NCBI GenBank assembly: GCA_015680685.1
Contig: MNCI01000952.1
Span: 742,050-806,049 of the forward strand
Direction: 5' to 3'
Origin: Gnetum montanum
Lineage: Eukaryota > Plantae > Gnetophyta
Length of the DNA stretch: 64,000 nt
In this document: positions 49,575-61,000 of the stretch, piece by piece
Layout of the letters: each line of letters opens with the position of its first letter
Numbering within the stretch: position 1 is the stretch's first letter
Translations under genes and position numbers: made by a program
Notes under the pieces: model-generated
The model's input: only the letters and a program-made list of their open reading frames with translations
Database searches by the model: none
Told to the model about the DNA's origin: nothing

Positions 49575-51036
49575 CAAATAGAATTAATAAATGTTTTTCC
49601 TTTTCTTTAATTTTGCAATTTTTTGTTTTTCAATTTTTTTTCATCTTTTTATTATTTTATTGTTTTATCTTTTTGTCTTTTTATGGGTAATCTCATCTAT
49701 GNCATTATTTTATTATTTTATCTTTTTGTCTTTTTATGGGTAATCTCATCTATGAATAAAACACTCATGTGACTCGTTGGTTGAGCTGTTGTTCTTTGCT
49801 ATAAAGTCTCGAGTAACTAATTATTTGAATAGCAAGCCCATCACATCCACCCAACCATTCTATTAATAAGAGGTTCTACTCTAGGTATGATGATATTCTT
49901 AACATCATTAAAACTTAAAGTAATTTTGTGCTTATTATACCTAGAGCAAAGAAGGATGGACCAAGAGGGAATGACCAGGGTGTGACATCAAGGGGACTTG
50001 TGGATTCTCTTTGGTGACATTTATAGGAGTTACAATGCGACTTGGTTGTACTAAGATCCTTGTACATCTAACAAAAAATGGGAGTAAGAGTAATAAAGGC
50101 ACTCACTCAAGAAAACCAATGCTATTCTAGGGGGTCCCATTGGAAAGACATGCACCCATGCCTGAAGGTAGGTGGCTTCTCTGGATTAAGCATTCAAAAA
50201 AAAAAAAAGAGGAAGAGCAAGAAGAGTGTTCCAAAGCAGCCACACAAAAAGAAAAAAAATCAAGATCAAAGTGTCGCAAAGCAATTCTAAATCACTCCTT
50301 CCTTGCACAAAAGGCTAAGTGATCATACGCCTTACTGTCACGATGTTCTTATGGTTGTCCATCATTGGATGAAACAATGCGATGTCATTGATCAGAAGAA
50401 TGGACTTGGTCTTGATTTTGGAGCGACGGGCTAATGACACGTTAATCACATCTTGCACTCAAGATTCATTGTGCCCTGGGTTAGTTACCTCATGTCCCAA
50501 TCTTTGTAATCCCTTCTACAATTAGCCTCATCTTGCTATTTATATATTTGTAACTTGTGTCTTATGTAGCATTGAATTCATACCTCATCACGGTGGTATC
50601 TACATGTGTGTATTTTGTGGAGCTATCATGGATTACATTTAACCCTTCTAGTGCCTATGGACATTTCAAGATGTGGTTACGCAAGGGCATTATAGGTTGG
50701 AACCTACTTTGGGGAGGATCCACTTGTGTGACTTTTGTAATTTGAAGTTGTTACACATCATCACATCATTTATACCCTCTGAGTATTACATTACCAATGT
50801 TATTCTTTCCCTTATCATCTTTCCAGTTTAATCATTCCTATGTACCAACACACGTCCTTTTTCCTCATACTCTTCATGACTTTTATTGTCAGATTCTACC
50901 CCATTATACTTTTTGTGCCTTCAGGTCTATTCAATATTACCTTGGACCTTTTACATTGACCTCAATCCCTTCATTTTCTAACTTATAATTTTAGAAATTC
51001 ATCAATTTTTCTAAGTATCCTACTTTCAATAGGCTG

Positions 51037-51112
51037 TGATATCGGGTCGGACGCGATATCGGGGTTGCGCTATTGGGTACACGATATCGCGTCAAAAAAA
51101 AACTATATATAT
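51037..51112 (+). promoter_or_regulatory. Putative internal promoter: CGATATCG palindrome array plus TATATATA
   Basis: Four GATATC-type motifs followed by CTATATATAT, ~500 bp upstream of the additional-ORF ATG. 51068-51091 matches LTR 46322-46345 at 22/24 nt. Confidence 0.55.
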
Positions 51113-51612
51113 GGACCCCCCGCACACGTCAACATCATTCTCAACTATTCATGTGGGGGAGTTTTTCAAATTTTCTTCCACAAATTGTGACTTGCGCACC
51201 TCTTGGTCAACTAGCCATAACTCGCTCACTAGCGCTTCGATTCTCATTCCGATTGAACCTACCTGAAACCAGAGTGTTCAGCTTAGTCGTGGGGGAAGGG
51301 TACACTTCAAATTGCACATAAATTTTTCAAAATTCATCATCATCTGAAGGATACTATAAAGGTTAATTGATTATAAAAATGATAAACATATTGCCAAAAA
51401 TAATCTTATCTCCTCACCTACACTAGGAAATTAAATATTGAAGCCACCTAATCAAATTGGGCCCAATATTAAAAGTTTTAGGGGACATTTTCATAAAATT
51501 TCTTAACTCTGAATCACACAAAATAAGAAAATGAACTCGTTAGGGCAAGAAGTAAGGTATAACTCAACTTTTGTAAGCAACCTTACTAATGATCGGCCCC
51601 GTGTGATTATAG

Positions 51613-54385
51613 ATGGCCCCTAAATGTGGACAACACGAAGGACCCTCTTAAGGTGTGTCCAAGCGATGAAGGAGAGGTAGAGGCCAAGCATCTCTTGTGC
51701 AACATGTAGAGTAGGAGGCGTAATCATTTAGCATTCATCAAGAGCCTCCTGCTACTGTGTAGTCAGGACAAGCAGAAGTAGGAGCTGCTAAAGTGCCTAA
51801 ACAAGGACAACATCTCATGTTGCCCCCGGAATGTGTGTAGGCAATCCACGAAAGGTCCATGTCAGCAACTGTGATCATGAAATTGAACTTTGGACCTTTG
51901 AGAGAGTTCGCTCTTGAGGCCATTAAGGACCAACTCAAAGGGTCTCCATTATGGCCCATCCTCTTTGAAAGTGGTGCTTGGTACTTAGGAGAAACGTACC
52001 AATTTTGGCATAATAAAGAAGAAGGCATCACAATTGACATTGGTGGTGTATCTGTAGATTTTTTTGCTAAGGCCATTTCAGAAGTGTTAAACCTTCTGAA
52101 TACAGGGCCAAAAGTTGCTCACTTGTCCACTTGCTTTGATGCTGATGTGCAAAGAATTTGGTTGGACAGGGTGTACAACAAAGAGGACAAGACATATGGG
52201 GAGTTAATGTTGGAAGAAATAATATATTTCAAAATTAGCACTTATTAGATCTTCTCCATGAAAGGATTAAATAGAATCTCAACGTATGCAACAAGAGGAA
52301 GTGTGATATTGATGGGCAAGGTTAATGCTAACCTTCCCCATGTGTATCTTGTGGACATCTTGAGGTGATTTGAAGAACGTAAGATAGGGAAGTTCACGTT
52401 GCCCTTTCCTTGTCTCATTAGGAAGCTTTGTAGGCATGCTGAAATTCTGGGGTACACCAATGACGTTCCTAGAAGAGCTCAAAATGTTTTGTTTGTTGAA
52501 TTACTAAAGCCACTAGCCCAAAGGAAGAGTGTTGGTGAGACACTGGAGCCAGAACAAGAACAGATAGTGGGGCCCACTGCAACTCAAACTACAGGGCCTA
52601 GCCAACTCCCAAGTACAAGGCCCAGTCAACAGTAAGGAGCAAGGCCCAGCATGAGCTAGCGAGACCAACCGTTGCCACTGCCATAGGATAATCGACTATC
52701 AATGAGCCATCTAAGGGCCATTGCTGAGACGATCAGTTGGGGAAGTTGTGATGATGCCAATCTCTTCCGTATCATCGATGATGCCATACAATGCACAAGG
52801 TGAAGTTTCCATTCAAACAGGAGGAGAGGAGACACATTGGTCACAATAGATTTCAAGGAATGCTACATCCTTCTAGGTGCAACTGGAGACTGGTGAAGGG
52901 GCTAAAATAGTGATCATGCAACACCAAGATGCAGTGGGAGCCATAGAAGTGGTCACAGACCACATCAAAGAGTCCTTCAATGTTCCTGTTGTGCCATCAG
53001 AAAATTTCACAGGAGCACGTGATGCTCAAACCTTGGCCAGTCCTTCGATGACTCCTGAGGTGCATGAGGATGTTCTTGATCGGTTGCTACTAATAGGATA
53101 AGTGATGACGTCCTTGTTTGACATTTTACAAGATGTCACAACAATGCAATCGAACCTCATCTCCACCAAAAAAAAGCTGGTCATGGCAGAGATCAGAGCC
53201 AAGCATGCGAAGGTGGAGTTGGCAAGACTCCAAGAAAGGCTTGTTACCCTGGAAGCTGCATAGCGGGACCCATCTCAATTCATTCCTGTAGACCAACTGG
53301 ACACTTTCAGGATAGAGCAACTTAATAAACTATTGGCAGATAATAAAAGAGTGGTGGAGGAGAAGGAGAAGGCCAATTGGGATGCTTCCAAGGCACAAGC
53401 GCAAACATACGCACATGCCAAAGCACTCAAGGCCTTACAAGAAGAAAATAAACAGCTTGCCATGGACAATCTTCAGTTGACCATTGTGGAGAAACAATAA
53501 AATGTTCTCGAAGAAAATTTCCAATAGCTATGAGAATAGTTGGTTAGGGTCAACCAAGACATGAATTGCTTGGCCAAAGAGAATCAAACCCTCTCAATGG
53601 AGAAGGTATGTGCAATCCATCAGAAAATGGCCATTGAAATAATCATGTGGCAAAATGAGGCCAAGTGACATGAAAAATTAAAAGAGCATTTCAGAGACCA
53701 GGTGGGGATGCATAAGCAAGTCATTAAGAAAGAGATCCATATGACCAAAGCTCACATTAACACCTTTAACACTCAACACATTAATTGGCAGGCCATATTG
53801 GACACATATGCATTCGGCGACTAGGCAGAGCTCAAAAGTCGGGACCTATAGATCCAAGATCTTACAAAGTACATGGAATTGGCAAACCTGTGATATGCCA
53901 ACCTAGCCATGTTAACAACAAGACGCCCAAGAATAGAGCTAGATAAGTAGGTAGCTACCACCTATGCCAAATATGAAATAGAATTTTTAGAACATAAGAA
54001 AACATTGCAAAGGCTAGAAGTACCAAATTCTAAATTGGAGGTGGTTAAGGCTAGCTATCAAGGATAGAAAGATGTCATGGAAAACTTGGATCGACAGCTT
54101 ATAGATTACCAGGACTACAAGGATAAAGCCAGAGCCTATGAGGAGGAACAATGGCTATTTGCGGCTTGGTACGTCAAAGCAAATCAGATGTTTTTGCAAT
54201 TGCCATGCCCATGGGAAGTGTCGACTCCATCAAACATTGAGGCATCAGCATGGACTACATAGGATCCCTGAACTGAAGAGGAAAAACTCCAGGCACTCTT
54301 TCAGAGCCACCAAATCCCAAAACCTAAAGCACAAGACAAGGGGAAGTGACCCATGGTGGAGCCACCGTCACCTGGAACCACATGA
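51613..54385 (+). pseudogene. Athila additional ORF, ~920 codons: plant-transposon-protein-like N-half plus long coiled-coil
   Basis: GATTATAG|ATG GCC CCT AAA start. TYQFWHN, IGGVSVDFFAKAISEVL and LPFPCLIRKLCRHA resemble, from memory, the putative plant transposon protein domain seen in Athila extra ORFs. E/K/Q/L-rich heptad-like region ~53100-54150. Conserved C-terminus AWYVKANQMFLQLPCPWE. Confidence 0.78.
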
Positions 54386-57300
54386 GTTGCAATAAAATTT
54401 TGCAATTTTGCAATTTTTTAATTTTGTAATTTTGTATTGGTGTCCCAATTTTGTTCTATTAAATTCTACACTACGGCATGAATAATTCCTAGTTAGTCAA
54501 TAATCCCATACCTATCCACTGTGTAATCAATGGGGCTTGTTCTCATTTCATATGACTCGAGGATGAGTTTTATTCAATCGTGGGGGTATGATGAATCATG
54601 ATTCATTAGGCTCCGATATCATACCTATGATATCGAATCCACGATATCGGATATGCAATATTGTGGCCTGGCTAGCGATATCGGATACACAATATCATGA
54701 CTCCTGTGCAAGCCTATAAATACACATGTATGCATAAGGAGTTAGGGGGCAGTAGTTCAGTTAGAAGTTAGTTTTCATTTTTAGTTCTTCTTGACCCTTT
54801 CTCCCAGTGCATGCCCATAGTGTGATGATTGTAATTGTACGACACCTTTATTCAAGTATGATGTACTTAGACATGCACATGACCAAAAATAAAGATCGAG
54901 ATTACTTCATCATTGCAATATTCACTTAGTTTAATTATTTAATTGTTATTCATTGCTTTCTTAATTAATATCTCTTTACCTTCCTCTCCTATCCTTGTTA
55001 GTAAACATGAAATGAGTATGACTTAATCACAAGCATTTAAGTGTGACTACTTGGTATTCCAATAGCATACCTAGGACATGNATAAACCATACGTGACAAA
55101 GTAAATACTAGTCTAGGTGGGAAGATAGCGAACTGCGATCAACAAGTAACTATCTAGATACCACAACTAGTCCGTCTGCAGAGTTCGACTAGATCGTGCG
55201 TGAACGCTCATATTCCTATGGTTGAGTGTAGGGGTACCTCATGACTCATCAATTCCTATTCATTGCAGCACTTTATCTTAGATTAAATTTACTTTTAATG
55301 TAATTTATATTACATACACTTAGTTAATATTTACGTTTCCATGCATAATAATGAATTGGCAGAATGACAGTGACCAATTTTAAGCATAAACAAGTATTCG
55401 CTTCGTAATCCCAATAGCATTATTGCTTTGTTTTACCTAGTAGCATAGCACTTGGTAATCCTAGGAGTGTATACGTGGGTTCAGGATGTGTACAGTAAGC
55501 TAGGAACGGACACTCAACACCCGTAGGCTAGTTTAGACTTTACTTTCCATTGTTACTTAGTTGAAATAATTAATTTCATTATTATTGTTAGGAGTAGCAT
55601 AAGGCCAACATCAAGAATCATATGCCTCGATCTGAACTAAATCATATGTGAGAAAGCTACCACTAGTCCAAGTGGGAAGACAACAAGCTCATCATCCACA
55701 ATCTTAAGTCTTCTATTAGCTAAAGAGTGTAATATTTCTTACTAATTCCATGAATTAGCATTTTTATTTCTCAACATTTATCTTTATTTTTATTATTGAT
55801 GTAATATTAATTTTACCCCTATTTTTGAATTTTTTGTTAGTGGTATATCATCTACAAAGATTAAAAGTTGTATCCATGACTAATTCATTTTAGTAGCATG
55901 GTTTGTAGGTACCTTTATAATCCACTCTTCTAGTTCATCAATAAAGATGCCAAATAAAGTTGGTGAAAGAGGAGAGTCTTGCTTTACTCCTATATTACTA
56001 TAAAACTGACAAGATTGTATAGTTTCTTCATCTTTTAATTCAAATATTATTGCTCTATATAAATTTTAGATGGCATTGAGTAAATTAGAATCAACTTTAA
56101 GTTTGATAAGTATACTCTATAATTATTCTTTCATAATAGGGTCAAATGCTTTAGTAAAATCCCCAAAGCAAATAAATGTTTTACCTTGTCTGTCCTTTAC
56201 TTATTCAATGCAATATTTGAGAGTAATAGAAAATCCATAGAGAACATTTTTTTTTGTATACTTGTGAAATTGGATGTAAATTATTTTTTCCTATCCAACC
56301 TCCCAATTTTTTCTTCAAAATGATACCTAATAATTTTGCAAATTACTAATCATGATCAATTTGTAATTATTTAAATTTGAGTTGTCTCCTTTTAAAAAAA
56401 GCATGACAACTCTCCTAATCATCCATAGTTTAGTGAAATCATTTTAAAGTCCTTCATTAAGCATTCTCTAAGTCTCTTTCCCAAGTAACCCTCCATTACA
56501 TTTTAATAATTCAACATGTAATCTTTTGCATCTACTGCTTTTCCAAAAGCTAATTTCTCATTTCCCTCTACTACTTCATCATACCTAAGTTATAAAATAT
56601 CTAGGAGCATGTAAATAATTATGGTATTTGTTTTGTGATGAAAAAAATTACTGTACAATGTTTTTATCTAGGAAAATGGAATATCATTGTTTGAAAAAAT
56701 ATTATTTCTAAAAAGTTTCCAAAAATTTTGTGGATCTTGTTTTAACATTTGCACCATATTGTTTGAGTGCTTTTTGGGAAATTTTCTCTTTATTCTCTTG
56801 AAGCAATTTTATGTAGTCCTTATTTAAAGCTTTTTTAGTATAGGAATTTTTGATAACTAACCCTATTGCAACATGAGATCCTATGGATCCAAAATTATTT
56901 CCTATGAATTACTTCTTTGATGTAATACATACATATCTTAAAATAATGGAAAAATTAATAATTAATTGTTGAAAATAGTGAAAATAATGCAACAAGAAAG
57001 TCAAAGCCTTAATCGTAATATGTATATGCAAAGTAGTTTATTTTTGTTCTTATTTAATAAATATTCATTAATATTTTTAAAAGTTTTACATTTTAAGTAT
57101 AAATTTTTTGCAACTAACTAAATTGTAGTGAGAAAATAGCATGCCATGATGGATGAAGAAAATTGAATGTAAGTAAAAAATAAAATGCCATCCAAAATAA
57201 AATGCAATTAAAATAACAAAAAAATGCTAAATAGTCTAGATTTCTTTCTATCTTCCTTACCATTCAAAAGGTCTTACTCTTTAATTCCAACCCATCAATT

Positions 57301-58061
57301 TGTTTGGTGATTCTATTTTGTTTCATCATTCTTGATTTCCTTTAATTTTTTAAATTTATTTTCTATTATCTCTTTTTCTTTAGATTGATTAATTACTCTT
57401 ATGATAGGTTGTGATCCATTAACATTTTTGGTATCTTCATCTTTTAACATGTTTGATATCACATGATAAATATTATGCATAATTAATGCACTTCTTTTTC
57501 CTAAGGAGATCATTGAAAATCACATCTATTTTAAGTACCTATAAAATAAGTCTTTATAGTTTTGATTAGTCAATGAAGAAAACTGACAAATGATTTAATC
57601 CATTTTATCATATAACATTTTTGTAGCAGACTAATAATTAGAGTAATAAACATGAGTAGACTAAGGAATTTACTTAACTAATTAATATTTTCTAACAATG
57701 TGAATTTTTGCTCTTTTCATTTATGAAGCTTGTTTTTAATACTATCAATAACATAATTTCTTAAAGCTTTTATAACTCCTCACCATAGGGCCTTACAGTA
57801 TTGTGTTATGTTTGGTTGTGCATGTTAGATGCAATTAGGCTTATGGACATGCATAGTTAGATATGATGTTTTTGATATATGTTGTAGGAGATCTTATGTA
57901 TATATAATGATTATGCACACTTAGGAGGAGGGATAAAGGTTGTGGAATATTCTAAGTACTAAGCAAGTTTGTGTATGATTTATGTTATATATGATTACTT
58001 ATGATGTTATGCATGATAGTGTTGAGGTCATTGCTAGCATGTCTTATTATGCATGTGTGAT

Positions 58062-61000
58062 TGATGAGTCATAGTTTGCCAAGCCCCAATATCGGGTACG
58101 TGATATCGTGTACACGATATTAGGTTCGTGATATCTCAGCCTAGATATGATATCATATACACGATATCATGATTCCCATGTTGGCCTATAAATATAGCAC
58201 TCAGGTGCATAGGGAGGAGTCTTTTCTAATAAGTCTTTAGGTTGAGTCTTTTTGTTAGTTTTTAGTTAGTTTCTAGTTCTTTTTTGAAGTGCATGCCTGC
58301 AGTGTGATGCTTGTAATTGTACAAAACCTGTGTTCGAGTGTGAAGTACTTGGACATGTACACGATTAGCAATAAAGATCGAGATTACTCCATCATTGCAG
58401 CATTCACTTAGATTTTAATTGTTGATTATAATTTATTGTTTTCTTAGTTTATATTTCTTTATCATAATTTACTATTCCTATTGTTAATGTGGAATGAGTA
58501 TGTCTTAATCACAAACATTTTAAGTATAACTACATGGTAACCTGATAGCGTATCTAGTAGTGCTTGAGTAATGTGCACTTTGTAATCCCAGAAGCAGTAC
58601 ACGAAGTCCAAGATGCATATGGATGATTAAGGACGGATGCTCATTGCACTTAGGCTAGCTTAGATTTTACTTCATATTTCTTATTAGCTTAATCAAGGTT
58701 ATTTCTCATTGTCTTTAGGAGTAGCCTAGTGTTAGAAATCACATCATACACCTCACTCTAAACTAAACCATACGTGACAAAGAAAATATTAGTCCAAGTG
58801 GGAAGACAGCGAACTACGATCAACGTATAACTATTTAGGTGTCACAACTAGTACGTCTGCAGAGTTTGACTAGATCACATCTACACGCTCGTATTCATAT
58901 GATTGAGCATTTGGGTACCTTGCCACTCATCATTGGTGCCATTTCTGGGGATGGTGCTAGTTATCTAGAATAGTTATATCATACAAGATCATTGTAACAA
59001 GGTATTAGTGATATATCTTTTAGACAAAGAAATCAAATTCAATTAAGTCACACACAATTCACAATAATGTCTCTTTCAAAAGACAATGATAATGCAACAT
59101 CTAGTAAGGTAATTCATTGGGAAACCAATGAAGAAGTTTGAAGTACTCAATCTTATGTAGTAGTTTCAGATGTTCATGGACACCCCAACGATACTCAAGG
59201 ACTTCTGTCATCCAACTCAGAAACCTCTAGGGAAGATGGGACATCTCCTAGAACGAGGGGGCCTATAAGGCCTAGGACCTTCTCAATGGGTAGTAAGAGT
59301 ACATCAAAGGATGATTAGGAGACTTACAAAAGTCATGACAAGTTTTTCAGTTCCCTCTTTTTCTCTACTCTTTCAACGTTAAGTTGTGACACGAATGACT
59401 ATTCCTCAAGGGGTCGGTGTAGAAATAAAAATCGAACCCACGGGAAAAATTAGGAACACCAACATGAACATAGACAACATTGTCCCAACTCACGAACTCA
59501 CAACCGATTTAGTGACGATGAATCCCTATTAGCCACTATGAGCCTAATTCATATACAAGAGGTTGTTCAAATATCCCACAGGCATTGTAAGGAAAGCCGT
59601 CTATCCAAGCTTGATTTAAACAACTTTCCTAAGTTCTCAAGAGGCTATGATTTGGATTCTAAACATCATTTACAAGCCTTCTATGATGCCAATGTATGGA
59701 ACAATGTTGAGAATGGATGGCAAGGACTTAAGCTCTTCCCTATGACACTCGTTGGTCAAGCTAAAGTGTGGTACATGTCTTTAAAATCAAATTCCATTCA
59801 ACGTTGGCCTACAATGGTAAACCTCTTCAATGAAAGATATCAAACCTATGCAAGAGTTTCAGCCTTGAGGGGACAAATCCAAGAGTGGAAATAAGGGCAA
59901 CATGAACCCTTGAACATGGCCTTAGAAAGATATTACTCTTTGTTAAACAAATGCCCAGGCCATGGGTTTTTCAAGGGGAGGCTAATGTATCACATCATGG
60001 ATGGGCTCTGTAATGAAACAAGAGAAACCTTATGGATGTATGCCCTATGTCAACTATATGAACTATGAACCCATCAATTCTAAGAGCTTATTAAATGAGT
60101 AGCAAAAGAAGAAGGAAAAATGGCCAAATGGTAGAATGTTAAAAAATATCAACAGGACCAAACTCTTGAAGTAACAAAGGTCCATAATCATAAATAGGAG
60201 AAATCAACTCACATCGAGGAGGGAAAACCATTTCTACCTTTGTCAATACTAAAATTAGTAGATGAAATTGAGGCAAAGATCAACAAGATGACAGAGTGGG
60301 TACATGAAAAATATAGAGAATATGTAGACATTATTAGAGGGAGACCCACGCAAGATAACTTTGAGACCAAAACAAATAGAGGATACCAAACCTAGAAATA
60401 AGATAGAATACCATTCAACAATCAAAAAGAAGGGCTGAAGAAAATGAGGATAGGAGCTTAACCGCAAAACATATGTATTAATGTGATGTTTGCCTATACG
60501 ATCATCCAAAAGGCTAATGCCCAATCTTGTCACATCTACATGAGCATTGGGGAAGAATGTTACATCCAGATTTTGTACAGAAGTACATGGTTGGATGCAT
60601 CCCTGTTGCACAACTTTATGGGAAATTCCACAACTCATCATACTATCCATGGAAAAATTCTTATTAACATTAGTACTGTGCTCAACCGTAGTGGCAAAAC
60701 CCCTAGTCATGGGGGAGGCCATCATCAAACTGGCCACATCCTTCATACCATCCAAAACCAAGCGTTTATTATGTTTAACACCCTGTTTTTCAAACTAGAT
60801 CGACATCCTTTGTTTCACCTCATCGTTATCATTCTCCTAAGTATCATCAACCCATGTCCTCTTCTACGGGATCACCACCTCATGTTCCTTACACTTCTCC
60901 TTACTCTCTGTAGTCTCATCCTTCACCTCCTTCTACATTGCCACTAGTAGCACCAGAAGGTTTTACACCACAACACCAACCCATGAACATTACTTGTGCT

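Larger units (their letters stand above)
46283..55251 (+). mobile_element. Non-autonomous Athila-type element: gag plus additional ORF, no pol
   Basis: LTRs 46283-47117 and 54589-55251 (the second has an assembly gap at N55081). TSD ATTCA/ATTCC. PBS TGGTGCTGTTGTCAGGGA at 47119 (decayed tRNA-Asp type). PPT TCGTGGGGGTA. No PR, RT, RH or IN motifs. Confidence 0.9.
45973..55694 (+). mobile_element. Solo LTR (same subfamily as 22137-23062), interrupted by element 46283-55251
   Basis: 46130-46282 joined to 55252-55680 is colinear with 22350-22935. Ends GCTCATCA after a short internal deletion. Flanks CCCAT / TCCAC are interpretable as a decayed CCCAC TSD. Confidence 0.78.
45560..56900 (-). mobile_element. 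Non-LTR (LINE, RTE-like) reverse transcriptase remnant, split by LTR insertions (pieces ~55695-56900 and ~45560-45972)
   Basis: - strand motifs GKAVD, NYKLIMI, DFTKAFD, GVKQDSPLSPTLFGIFIDEL and FVDDI in the right piece continue as TYKYLGV and KLYFQIIVQTTVLY in the left piece. Outer boundaries approximate. Confidence 0.8.

Noticed and set aside
49650-49760. Tandem duplication around N49702
   Set aside because: The duplicated text flanks an N, which indicates a scaffold-join overlap.
55070-55090. Apparent deletion in the 3' LTR of element 46283-55251
   Set aside because: Coincides with N55081, so it is an assembly gap rather than a demonstrated deletion.
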